A DNA stretch of 63,181 nt, counting the filler. It is 5 parts of 5 records of this genome, joined end to end, with 100 filler letters (N's around TTAATTAATTAA, not from the genome) between each part and the next. Parts side by side here need not be neighbours in the genome. Positions count along the whole stretch, not along the records: positions 1 to 15,759 come from SRR20825019_3117; 4 more parts are not named here. One strand, written 5' to 3'. The notes below the pieces were generated by a model that saw nothing but the letters and a program-made list of their open reading frames with translations, did not search any database and was not told the origin of the DNA. The position numbers were made by a program, and so were the translations under genes. This document shows, in pieces, positions 1 through 12,193 of this stretch (the stretch's first letter is position 1; each line of letters begins with the position of its first letter).

Positions 1-1
1 G

Positions 2-2296
2 AAGGGCCCGAAGCCCGGCCCCCCGATGCCTCCAAAGGGAAAGAACGTTACGCGCTGCGATGACGCCTGCGAGGAATGCGCGGATGATGGGATTGCGTGC
101 GCAGTTTGTTTTGAAGGATTTGTTCTTACTCGCAAGGGCGGATGTGTTTATGAGCCTAGCAGTTGTGATTTCATTAAGCATAGAGTGGCAACGACCAGTG
201 ATTCCGCTATCGTCAACGTTACCCTTGAATGGTTTGGGTTTGGGCATGATCGACATGGTAAGGAAGTTGAGAGTGTCACAGTTGAAGAGTTGTGGAACGT
301 GACTTGGACTCATGGGAGCCATGTGGCCTCTGCACTTACTGAAGATTTCGAAATGGTTATTCCAGGGCTACCAGTGGGTGAGCGCTATGAATTTGTTGTT
401 TCTCCAGTAATCCTAGAGAATGGAACTGCTGCCGAATACGAAGACGACAGCTTTGAATTCGAGGAATGTGTCATTCCCAGTGTTCTTCTTCTTCCACCCA
501 CCAAAATTGTGGACAAATGCAGGAAAGGTGAGAAGAAATGCGTTGTTAGTCTTGGAGAAACCGAATGCATTCCCGTTGAAGAGGATTGCTCTGTGTTGGA
601 GACGGAAGAATGGTGTGATGATGATGAAGAACTGTGCGCCGATGGAACATGTGATGTTGAGTGTCCAGATTATGACGGTTGCTTGTTTGGAGAAGTTGAG
701 TGCTCAGATGGCCGGTGTGTATCTTCCAAAGCCGAATGCAGTTGGGGCTGTCCCGATGATCTTGAAAGATGCTTCGACAACTCTTGTGAGGAGGAATGCC
801 CAGAAAATCCTACCGCTTTTAAGCCACAAGAAGAGCGGAATGTAGTGAAATCATCTGCAGATTTCTTTGCTACTGATTCTTCCGGATTTACCCTTGGCCA
901 AGTTGAAATATCCGAAGATGTTATTGGCAAATTCAATGGACAAAGCTTGACGTTGGCTGTAAAGCCAGTGGCCGATTCTGTTATATCCAAAGCCAGCAAG
1001 CGTGATAGCACAGACTCGGATTCGATTGTTGTAATATACAGTCCGGTGGTCGACTTCACTTTCGAAGATTCAAATGGGAACGAATTAGAAGTGACAGATG
1101 TTTCCATAACCATACAGTTGAACTGTAGCTCAGTGACTAAGGATGTAGCTTTGCTGGGTCTTGGCTTTATCAATACAACCACAAATGAGTGGCAGTATGA
1201 AAGTCCCATTTCCCGAAATGCATCCAGCGGATTGTGCTATGGCGTAACATCCCACTTCACAGCATTTTCTATTATTGATGCTCCCGATTCGTCTACAACC
1301 ACCGGTGACGTCCTTGATCCCTCCGCAACTGCACTAGGCGGCCTCACAATTGCACTGATTGTCATAGGTTGCTGTTGTCTCGTTATGGGCGGTTGCTTTG
1401 CATTGCTTCCCACAGGATTGATCGGAGCCGTAGTTGTTCGTGTCGTTGCGGGTAAACGTGGGCGGGTGGTGAAGGCAGATGCTTCATCCGAGTTTGACGT
1501 AGATGTAGCTCCCAGTGTCTATTCAGTAGAAAGCGACATGCGCATAGGTGTTGAAGAGAATGACGTGGAGATGCAGCCAGTATCGTTTTCTCCTTACAAT
1601 GTTGGGAAATTACGCGAGGAAGATGTTGACATCGATGATATTGTTGCCGATCTTGGTAACAAGAAACCCGTCAGTCCATTCTCTGGATTCGCAATTGATC
1701 CGCCACCATCATCAGCGCGATCAACATCATCACAGGGAGGACCTCCTCGGCGAACCTATAGTGATGTTTTCGGTGACCAAACTGTGGACGACCTACTTGA
1801 CGTCCCGAAGCTTGACAACAACGGCCCTACTGCTGTAGAGCAGTTGGTTGTGGATGTACCTGATGACCTTCTCCTTCCTGAGATTGTACCTATCAGTAAT
1901 GAGAACCCCACGTCCAAAATGTCCATCCCGGTCCCAGTCTTATCGCCACCTCATAGTGGCCGTACTTCAGCCGAACCTTTCAGCGCGAATAGCGCTGCCC
2001 CTAGTATTAATGACCTTTTGGATTTCAAGCCTTCTAATTCAAGAATGAACAGTAATTTGATGTTGCTGGGAGAACTTCCCCCTGGTGGTATCTTCTCAAG
2101 TACAGCTTCTCTAGCACCCCCTGAGAGCGAAGACTCTTCACCAGAGGGCAACTCTATTCGCATGCCTCGGACTGAGACTGACTCCGCCCTCGTACCAGAG
2201 TTAAATGAATTTGCACCGCCGCGACAGTCAACCGAGTCTACCCTGGCGGGAGAAGATGAATATGAACCACCCAAAGATGAAAGTTTACCACAGTAA
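2..2296 (+). CDS. Eukaryotic single-pass membrane/surface protein, 5'-truncated: Cys-rich CxDGxC repeats, FN3-like segment, GPS-like HFT motif, TM helix, Ser/Pro-rich cytoplasmic tail
   Basis: ORF 26..2296 is open upstream to position 2 (KGPKPGPP-M). Repeated C-x-D-G/N-x-C units, CYGVTSHFTAFSI motif, hydrophobic stretch LTIALIVIGCCCLVMGGCFALL, then an acidic/Pro-rich tail. No introns seen. Confidence 0.75.
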   Translation, partial: KGPKPGPPMPPKGKNVTRCDDACEECADDGIACAVCFEGFVLTRKGGCVYEPSSCDFIKHRVATTSDSAIVNVTLEWFGFGHDRHGKEVESVTVEELWNVTWTHGSHVASALTEDFEMVIPGLPVGERYEFVVSPVILENGTAAEYEDDSFEFEECVIPSVLLLPPTKIVDKCRKGEKKCVVSLGETECIPVEEDCSVLETEEWCDDDEELCADGTCDVECPDYDGCLFGEVECSDGRCVSSKAECSWGCPDDLERCFDNSCEEECPENPTAFKPQEERNVVKSSADFFATDSSGFTLGQVEISEDVIGKFNGQSLTLAVKPVADSVISKASKRDSTDSDSIVVIYSPVVDFTFEDSNGNELEVTDVSITIQLNCSSVTKDVALLGLGFINTTTNEWQYESPISRNASSGLCYGVTSHFTAFSIIDAPDSSTTTGDVLDPSATALGGLTIALIVIGCCCLVMGGCFALLPTGLIGAVVVRVVAGKRGRVVKADASSEFDVDVAPSVYSVESDMRIGVEENDVEMQPVSFSPYNVGKLREEDVDIDDIVADLGNKKPVSPFSGFAIDPPPSSARSTSSQGGPPRRTYSDVFGDQTVDDLLDVPKLDNNGPTAVEQLVVDVPDDLLLPEIVPISNENPTSKMSIPVPVLSPPHSGRTSAEPFSANSAAPSINDLLDFKPSNSRMNSNLMLLGELPPGGIFSSTASLAPPESEDSSPEGNSIRMPRTETDSALVPELNEFAPPRQSTESTLAGEDEYEPPKDESLPQ

Positions 2297-2334
2297 ATTC
2301 TTTTTTAGTGGATAGTTTCCAAGTGTTAGACTTC

Positions 2335-5300
2335 TCATGACAAGTTGATGTGCTCATCCAGGACAAGTGCTGTGGAATAGCACACCATCGCCTCCTTTTG
2401 CAGTACACCCAAGGAACCCAGCACATTGCCGCGATATACGTATGGAAGTCCATCCAAAGGCATAAGTTTGAGCGCCTCAAAGTAATCCTTCTCGGCCAGA
2501 TCGAGCAATCCCAACGCCTTGAGAACACTGCCGCGGTTGAAGTAGGCGTTTCCACAGGTAGGATCCAGACGTAAGCCCTCTGTAAAAATCGTTAGTTATC
2601 TGCAATAAGAAAACACGCCAGCATTTCCTACCATCCAAATCACTACGTGCCCCTTCAAGATCGCCATCCTTGGATCGGAGTACACCACGGTTGATCCAGG
2701 CCAGAGCATACTTAGGATTGTATTTGATGGCCGCATCGTAGTGTTTCCTTGCTCCCTTCCATTTGTTTTCTTGAAAGAAGATATTGGCAAGATTGAAATG
2801 CGCATGCCCATACGTGGGATCTGCTTCAAGAGCCTTCCGATAGTCTGCAAGCTACAGTAAAAGTGAGCATTATCAGTATGGAGACAAAGCAAGGGATTCT
2901 TACCGCGTTGTGCTTGTCTTTGAGGAACTGGTTAACTACACCACGATTGGTGAGGATGACAGCATTGTTAGGTGCAACTGAGACCGCATTGGAAATATCC
3001 ATAAATGCAGCGTTGGGGCGATTCCGCGCGAGATTAAGGACACCCACCCCTTCCAGGGCAAGAGGCTCCTGGGGGTTGATAGCTAGCGCAATCTTAAAGT
3101 TAGTTCTTGCTTGCTCCTCCTCACCGCGCAACTGATGGATATATGCTAAGTTGACAAATGCAAGAGCCATATTTGGCCTGATGTGAATGGCCCTCTGGTT
3201 ATCCTTCTTGCACATTTCCAGACAAGCAGACCATTCATCAGGTTGCAAGCGGGCGGCGACGGCCTTCTCGAAGAACACGTTTGCACGGCCCACATAGGCG
3301 TCGGCAAGTTGAGGATCAAGTGCTATCGCATCTGTATAGACCTGTATAGCATCGTCGAGGAGACCAAGCTTCAACTGACACACGCCAATCGAACACAGAG
3401 TTGTCGGTTCGTTTCCAGTAAGGCCTATACTGTACTTGAAGTCAGCGAGCGCAGTCTGGTAGTCACCACGGGACATGTAAAGGATGCCACGGTTCTTTCT
3501 AGCCTTCACAAGGTCCAAGTCAAGCCTTAATGCCTTGTCATAGTCCTGCATGGCATAGTCTATCATGCCTATTTTGTGGAAAGCTGAGCCACGATTAAAG
3601 AATGCGAGTGCGTGCCCAGGGTCGATTCGTGCTGCTTCCGTGTAATCGTTGATGGCATGTGCAAAGTTTCCGCACCGTTGCTGAATGACACCACGATTGA
3701 TGAAAGCTGTGAGACTGAGAGGCTGCACCTCGATAGCGCGAGTATACTGATGGATAGCCAAGAAAGGTTCCTCGCGGCCCTCATGAACATGTGCCAGATT
3801 GAAATAGGCATCGGTGATCGTGTTGTCCAGTGAGATACATTTGGTGAAGTCCGAGAATCCTTTGTCGCCACGGTTGAGCTCCTTTTTGCAAACACCACGT
3901 AGGTTGTATGTTGCAGCATCTTTCGGATCCAATGCAATAGCGCGGTCATAGTTGTCCAAGCTCTTGTCAGTGTCTCCCATGAGCAAGTAGCAATGGGCCA
4001 AACTCCGATGCACTGGCGCGGACTCCTTGTTATTCTTGGCACACTTCAGCAATATGGTGAGGGATCCCTCGTGGTCACCCTTAGCCTCGAGCATTTTAGC
4101 AAGATCAAGCTGATTCTCAAGGGATGGATTCTCCTTGGCCGCAATCGCAAACTCGGCAGACGCCCGCTCAGGGTTAGAAAGGTGCTTAAGCACATTGCCG
4201 CGGTATTCATGACTCTTCTGGAGACCCTTCTGAAGATCAAGATAGGCCAACGAATCAACCAATGCCAAATGAAGCTCCCTCTTCTCCAACAAAAGAGCTC
4301 CGCGATGAAGATAAGCTTCTGATATAGTGGGATCTTCGTGAATAAGACGAGTGTACACCCGAATCGCCGCAGTCATGTTGCCCTGGAAGCGATAGCACTC
4401 GGCACGCAACCATATCGCCTTGAAATACTTGCGGTCGGTATTGAGGACAACTTGACAACAGTGCATAGTCTCGGAGTAGTTGTGGAATCTTCGCAAATAT
4501 ATCATGCCAGCATTGATCCACACTGCAAGCAGTTTAGGATTGATTTCAAGGCATTGATTATAATTATCGAGAGCAAGCTGGTAGAAGCCCATCTTATCAA
4601 GAATCATACCACGTACGAAATACGCACGGTAATTCCGCGGGTCAAACTCAAGCGCCTTTGTAAGATCACGAATGGCATTCTCAGGATACTTATCGCGCAG
4701 AAGGCAGCCACGCCAGTAGAGAACGTTTCCGTTGTTAGGATCGAGTGTAATAGCCTCGTTAAGATCCTTGAGTGCAGCCTCATAGTCTTCTAGGTAAGTT
4801 AATGCACGTGCCCGAATCAAGTAGTGCTCCACATCAATGTCAGTCCTGATCCCCTTGATGACCGCCGTTGTATCCTTCACAACCTTCGCATAGTTTTGCT
4901 TGCCGAAATGATACCCTGCAAGCCACTGAAGTGCTTTCACGTTGGACCTCCTCTGCCCTAGAGCAAGCTTCATTGCCCGTTCCATATCATTGAACGCTGC
5001 CATCTGGTTTTTCTGCAGTGCCTGTACGCACAGGGCCCTGAAGTAAAACGCCATGTCACAATTACTGTCCATGTTGTTGATCACTTCCTCGCAGTCAGAA
5101 ATGGCTTCCTTGTACCTCTTGCTGTCCACATTAATCTCGATTCGGAGCAGTATAGCGTCGACATGCCTCGGCTTCATTGCCAAGATTTGTGCGATGCACT
5201 CTTTGGCCTTCTCCCTTCGCTGCACCTTATAGTTAGCTTGGGCCATCTTCCAATACAACTGAGGAAGCATTTCAGTATTGTAGCAGTTATCAATTGCCAT

Positions 5301-8300
5301 TCTGAGGTCATCAACTGCCGTGGTGAACAACCCGAGTTTCATGAACACATCGGCACGGCCCACCCAAGGTTCATGGCGCTTGCTTTCTGCATTACTAGCC
5401 TGAGAAAAGAAGAGGAAGGCAGACTTCCAGTCACCAATCTCCATGGCCTCAGCAGCTCCCTGCATGCAACTATCGTACTCAATATTGTCAACCGCCTTAT
5501 CAACAAGCTAAGTTACACGAATTAGATCCAATGCAAAGCAAAAAATATGAATATTGACATACTTGAAAGCTACCCCTGGGTAGATCGGACTGATTACTTT
5601 CTTCTTCAATCGGAGTTTCGGCTCTACGCACTGCCAGCTTCTGAGTCTTGGGCAAACTCTGTGATTCTGAGCGTTTAACGGACTTCTTTCGCGAAGGCTC
5701 GGGCACTTCTTCTGGTACCTCTTGTTGTGCCTGCGAAGAATCAAAGTAAGTAGCCACAATTAACATATTCAAGTATTCACACTCACTCTGTCAGCTGCTT
5801 CGTTCGCCATGTCGCTTGGAACAGGTTCAGCTGTGTCAGTGGCGAGCTCCTCTGGAGACTCCTCTTGGAATTCCTCGGCGTCTGCAGCATCCTCCTTCCC
5901 TTCATCATCTTTTTGTGTCTCCTGCTCTTCGGGCTGTGGCTCGCCAGGCTCCTGCTCTTCAGACTTCTCGAGTTCATCATGCTCAGAGGTGGAGGCCTGA
6001 TCCTCTTCAACTCCATCCAACCCAGTCCTGTCGGTTCCACGGGTCGTAGGCTTGCTCGGAATGTTGGAACCTTGTGATGATTCATCACGCTGACTGCCAA
6101 AGAAGGCATCAGATAGCTCTGAAGGCGGACGATCTTCTTCACTGGCCGCGCCCTTCTCAGTTTTGTTCTCTGCTGAGCTTTGAGTATCTTCTGCAACACG
6201 CCCAAGTTCTCGAATGATTAGTTCTTTGTCAAAGTCATCCTCCAAGATTTCCTCCAGAATTTCTAAACAGATGTACCGGTGCATTTCTTCTTCGGTCATA
6301 CTCAACATTTTCTGGCCCAATCCAGTGGTTGGTCGCGGTATTTCTTCCTTTCCTTGTTTCTGTCGCTTAATCTTCTCCAGTCTCTCTTGCTCGCGAGCCC
6401 GCCTTTCCTCAGCATCACGCTTAGCTTTTTCATACTCCATCAACTCTCTCTTTCTTGCAAGATCATCTCTGCGCAGATTAATTTCACTGGTGTATTCGGC
6501 AACAACCTTTTCAACAGCAGTAAAGATTTCAACCTTTTCATCATGTTCAACATTCTCTAGAAGCTTCTCCACATCATCTTCCTCCGCTCGGAAGTCAAGA
6601 TCTCCAAGAGTGCGGAGATAGTGCACTGCTTTCTTTGCCATTGATTCCAGGCGATACCTCAAAGCCTGCTGAACTTTCTCCGCATTGCAAGTACCAAACA
6701 TTATTCCTGTAAACTGGTCACTATGGACATACATGCTCTCAAGGACACCATCGCGAATAGCCTCCTCTTTAAGCTCTAAATCTATATCCAAGTCATCAAA
6801 GTTGGCCTCATTAACATCTACACGGCTCTCAATCGACGACGCCAACTTCCTAGCCTCGGCTTCAATTTTGTCGACCAGTTCTTGCCTTCGGAATTTCCTC
6901 CTGGCAGATTCTGCTGACTCCTCCTGTTTCAGCAAGATCAATACCCCCACTTTCGCCCTTTCTGCAGCTGTCTTAACAGCCCGAATAAAGACATCTTTTG
7001 CAATGGTCAAATCATCAGTACTGGTAACCTTCTCGAGATCAATTGTAATCTCGAAATTATTCTGAAAAAAAGTTAGTCCCTTTGGAGGGCCACTCGCTTT
7101 TTGGCATTCCTCACCTTAACTTCATTGTAACTTTGATCGTCCGCCCATGGTAGGAAGCTGGGTAGTCGTTTGATCATTTGGCTGTTCGTAAGAATGTCGT
7201 CATCCGGTTTTGCTTTCATCTGAATAAGATCTGCGATCACCGAAGATGTGTATTCAACATAATCCCGAGCGATGCGGCTATTCTCGAAGGACACCTTGTC
7301 CAAATTCTCTGTAAGTTCTCGGTAGCAGTCAGTCCGGAAATCAGGTTCTAAGGCGTGGATAATATGATCACAGAGCTCAATGTCTCTTTCCATATGCTCG
7401 TCCGTCGACAGGCATTCAAAGAGTGACATTCCATCAAATAGCTGCTTGCTCACCATACATCTCGGCCCTGGGTATGGACGAATGATGTATGATGGCTCGA
7501 CTACAGATTCCATCATCTCGTCTATCCTACGCTTTACAGTACCAGGAGAGGGCGGCGGTGTATGTATGGACACAGGCGTGCTTGCTCTTGTAGTAGGAGA
7601 TCTAGATGCACTAGGCTCCTTGGCTTCGCTTGAAACGCTGACTTCCGATCTAGCTGATTCGGACCTTGCGGATTTGGCACTCTCCGGTCGAGAAAATGTA
7701 CTGCGTGCACTCCCCGGACGAGTAGAACCAGTCCTTTTGGAGCGGGCCGAGCTTGGTCTGGTGGATGAGCTCTTCTGGCTGATTGATCGAGAGGGTGAAT
7801 GCGGTACCTCTTCCTCCTCCACTTCAGATTCTCTCGCTGATTTCACAGATTTCTCCGAACTCATTGATACAGCACTACTAGGTCTTGTTGATGCTTTCTT
7901 GCTGGATTTTGCTGATGTCGGCCGGCTAGAGGATTTCAGCGATGTAGCTCGAGTAGATGCTGGAGACGATGTGCCGGAAGGTAAGGAGCGCGTTGTTCCA
8001 ATTTTTTCGAATGGAAGTGGCTCATGCGTAGAAGTTTTCGTGCTAGTGAAGAAGTCTGCCATTGGTTCGTGGGCACCGCTCTCCTCTTGCTTAAACTTGA
8101 TGAATGAATCAAGCACATCTAGATCTTCCGAATGATTACTGAGAGAAGGCTCACGCGACGCAGCAAGAGATGGGTGCTCTTCGTCAAAAGTTGGTATCTT
8201 GACTTGGCCAAGGAGCGAGCTCTGGAATACTGCCTCCCCTGTCTGATGTTTCTCCTCACTGGAGACACGGGGTTCTCTATTTTCGGCATCAGATAGGACT

Positions 8301-10558
8301 AAGGCTTCGGCTATGCTGTCCACAATAGATTTCTGACGCTCGTCCTCAAGGTTGGTTGCCTCGGCCTCTCCATGTGTGCCATCCTCTTCCCCTTCTTGCC
8401 CACCTTCTTTTAGTGCCTCATCCATATCCGACAGGGCATGCTCAACTTGACTCTCTTCAATCTCCTTCTCACCGTCCTCGTAGACCGCATCGGCTTCTTC
8501 CTTTTCTGGAGGAGTTGATGGAACTGTGAAGCTAGTGCCTTCCATTGTGATTGTCCTATCTCCATCGCTTTCATCGTCAACGTTGGACGCCCTCGAGTCT
8601 CCTGTGGATGCTGCCTGTGACGAGCGTGATAGCGACGCCCGCCCTCTAGACTCTGACCTATCATCGATAACGACGCTTTTCTTGGCCTTCCCTTGTTGTT
8701 TCTCGCGCACTTCCTTTTCTTCAGTGTCTGCCCTCGCAGTCACTTTGTCTTGGCTCTCCTTAGAGACTGGGGACTGAATGTCATTTTCCTGCAGATCCTG
8801 GGTCTCTCCATTGGCAACAGCCTGAGACTGCGCAACTTGAGACTCAGCTGGTAACTGTTCGCTCTTTCCTTCTAGGATTTCGATTCCTTCGCCAGGAGCC
8901 GAATCTGGCAGTGCAATTTGAGGTTCAGAACGAAGTCCTTCGTCAACAACGGAGCCAGTGTCCATCGGCAGGGTAACACCGATCTCAACATTGACTGTTT
9001 CTGCTTGGGCAATGTCGGCAGTGTCAATTGTTGACGAGTATGAAGGGTCCGCCTTAACGGCCTGCACCTCTCCAAGATGCCCTTCGGACCCAACATCCCC
9101 CCCTTCTTCATTTACCACAGAGTGTTCTCCCCGCGACTTTTCACTAGCTGACGTAATGCGTCCACCAGAAACATCCTGCACAAGAACCTTTTTCGGAGTC
9201 TCTGACTCGTGAATCGGATTTCTTGGGAAGGATACCTTGAGCTTTAGATCGGTCTTCTTCACTTCGCTGGAAGACGTCGACCGAGCAGTGGTAGGCTTCG
9301 ATGCCGACAACGGCGGTGTAGTTAGTGGCTGGCTGTATGAAGATGATGGCCGTGCAAATGGACTCTCTCTGCCAGGTCCCACCCGTGGTGTGTCGCGACT
9401 GTGGAGCATGCGCTCATATATTTCATCAGTGGTGGGTTTCCGGGGCAGGGGAGCCCTTCTTAATGTGATAGCACTCTCAGATTTTGGAATTGGGGACACC
9501 ATATCTGCATTGCGGTTAGTTAATATAGATAACTTGTCATCACAGGCGTTACCAGGGGTCCGCGGGGAAAATTCGGTCGCTTCCAGCTCCACTACTACTT
9601 CAGGCACCGATGGCTGCAGCGATGCAGCAGGTGGGGCATTAAGGTCAGTCTTCGATCCTTCTTCGATAGCGACCCTCCTGAACATTGGTGCCGAGCCAGC
9701 AGTGGGCATGAGCATAGGATTCTTCTCGCTGAGGTGATACGTATAAGACACGACGCATAGAACCACTATGAAGCCCATGTGCAATACCTGCGGTTGGGCT
9801 GCCGGGGACGATCCTTGGCACGAAGGCGCTCCTTCGCCGGTGAGCCCGCATTCTTCATTGCGTACTCCTCTGTCCATCCTTTTGGGACAGGAATATTCTT
9901 GGGCATATTCATGTTGGGCTTTAGTTCGAACATGGATTCAAAGAAAGGAAGATTGACAAAGCATCCGCTGCCTCCCTGATTGGTATCGTCCTGCTCCGGA
10001 ACCATGTCATTTAGAGTAAATCGAGGCCGATCATCGTCTGTCAGTTTCTGTGCCCCAGAATCTTTTGCTTCTTTGCGCACTCTCAGCGCAGTGTCGTGAG
10101 ACTTGGCCACGCTGATAACACATAAGACTTCATTCAGAATGACTACTGGCACAGACTTACCTCTTGTCCTGCGACGACATCCATCGTGACCTAAACGTCT
10201 TCTTGAATCTCTCTGCGTCTGTATTGTCCCGTAAGGTTGTAGCAGGAAATGGACCAGCCCGTTTCCTTTCACGCTCTCTTGGGGGTTTTGCAGAAACTCC
10301 GAACTCACTAAGGTCGGTATCCACTTGCAGCAAGTTTCGACCTGGCCTAGAGCTCTCTATCCGAGCACTGTTTGGCCTGTCTTCGTCGTCGTACAAAGCT
10401 TGTCGGCTTCCACCACCCCCTGACCGCGCGCTATGGGGGCGCTCTGATGCGTCATGTTTGAGAGTTTCTCGTCCGGATATTCCAGCTTTGAGTGTAGGGA
10501 CTGTTGGAGCATTGCGCTGCTGGAACAGTTTCTTGCTGGTTTTGGTACTCACTGGCAT
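2335..10558 (-). CDS. Giant (>2,600 aa) TPR-repeat protein, TTC6-like, with a long disordered N-terminus; multi-exon, exact 5' end uncertain (possibly up to ~10816)
   Basis: ORFs 10157..10558, 9766..10308, 7073..9877, 5769..7010, 5500..5772 and 2826..5465 join in frame after removing GT-AG introns at 10112-10160, 9729-9787, 7062-7114, 5731-5786, 5508-5562, 2852-2903 and 2580-2631. The C-terminal ~1000 aa are continuous TPRs (e.g. AFINRGV...AINDYTEAARIDP). Stop TGA at 2335-2337. The TTC6 label is inferred from architecture only. Confidence 0.8.
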
Positions 10559-10819
10559 ATTGTTTTCTTGCCTTAGTGTCTGATTGCCTTCTGCATCCTC
10601 TGATTGATATCAATGAATTGATTTCTTATTGATTCTCACTGGAGCATGTATAAGTAGGAGTGGGCGAACACCACTCGGAGCGGGCAACACCCGGTCAGTC
10701 TTGGCCAGGCTTTCTGCACGGGGGCTGTCCAACAACTTCATTTGACCAATCTGGCCAGGCGCTCACTGACTAGGACATTGTTCCACGACACTCTGGTCTA
10801 TCACGACTCGGGCCATGCC

Positions 10820-11560
10820 ACTCCGGCCAGCAGCCGGCTGCAGTGCGGCCGGAGTGCAAGTGTGTACTTCGCGGCCACCATGGTCCCAGCCTCTGTGAAT
10901 GTCGGTCACTGAGCCGCCCGCGCCGACTGCCGGTTGCCGATGGGACGTCGTGCGGTGCCCAGCCTGGTGCCCATCCGCCGGGTGGAGGGGGGCCGGTGAG
11001 TCCGTCGGGACACGACGACCCGCCGGGGAGCCCCGCTCTCTCTAGTCATCAGTGATCGGCCGTCGGGCCGGCCGGGGGGGTTGAGCCGCGCCCCGCCCCG
11101 GCGGCCGGCGCCCGGCCGGATCAGTGGCCGCCGTGGCGGCGTGCGTTTTGTAACGTTGCCCTAGTCAGAAATACGGAATAATTGATCCAAAATACGGTTA
11201 ATCTCTTTAGTGGTAGAGAGGTTAAAAACAGTGAAAACTGACAACCTGGTCGTAGCCGGCCGGGCCGGGCCGGGGCCGGCGGCCGGCAACGGAGACGCGG
11301 TCCGGCGCCGGCGGTCCGGTCCGGTCGGTGGCCCAAGACGCGACCCCGCTCCGTTCGGTTCGGGCTCAGGGCCCGCCGCGGTGAGAGCGGCTCCTTGTTG
11401 CCGCCAGGACGGAGAGCGGCCGCGGTAGCGACGGAGCTCGGGCCAGGGGTTTGCCGGCGCCGGGCTGGGCCGCGGAACATCTCGCACATCAAACGGAACT
11501 CAAAGAGCAATCCTCAGTGGTGCCGTACCTCCTGGCGGACGGTGGCGCGAGCTGATCGTG
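10820..11560. promoter_or_regulatory. GC-rich divergent promoter island with AT-rich core (TPR gene / Snapin)
   Basis: Lies between head-to-head genes. Hand count 48/60 GC at 11281-11340 versus 21/60 at 11161-11220. Confidence 0.6.
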
Positions 11561-11607
11561 AATAAGTATCAACTTTTCACTAATACGACTGCAACGCGCT
11601 TTTCACT

Positions 11608-12193
11608 ATGAGTAGTGTTAATGACGAAGTGCAGACTGGAGACTTGGCTACGGGGCTGTTTGAGGTACTTGCACCTCCTTGCTTACGGTGGAACTGAAAC
11701 TCACTCAAATTTCGCCTCTGCAGCTTTTGAAACCTATTGTTGAAAAATGTGACGGTAATATTCATGCTGTGCACTCCAGCCAAGTCAAGCTTGCTGGTCA
11801 ATTGGATAAGCTTTCCGATGGTGAGGGTTTTTGTGCTCAGGGTGTTCTTACTTCTTAAACTTCTTATATTCTGCAGTTTTGCAGACTTTTATCGATGACG
11901 GTTCGATGCCAGAGGCTTCCCTTGACGTATATGGAGCAAAACTGCTGAACTCCAAGAAAAGAATCACTAACGTTAACTCTACGCTCAAAGAGATACAAAA
12001 CCGACTTAGGCGTATAACTGAGAGTTCCGAGTATCAGGAAGCTCTCCAAAATGACGAGAGTCGCAATCCTGTCACTGCCTTGGAGCAGGAAGCAGCCTTA
12101 GGGCATGATGATGTCTCGAAGGATGCTGAAGCAACAGAACAGGTCGAGCCTAAACATCAAAGAGTCCTTGATGGACCTGATGCCGAGTACTAG
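11608..12193 (+). CDS. SNAPIN: Snapin (BLOC-1/BORC subunit), 3 exons
   Basis: ATG at 11608; GT-AG introns 11665-11723 and 11821-11876. The spliced protein LATGLFE-LLKPIVEKCDGNIHAVHSSQVKL...LDVYGAKLLNSKKRITNVNSTLKEIQNRLRRI matches the recognisable Snapin pattern. Confidence 0.85.
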
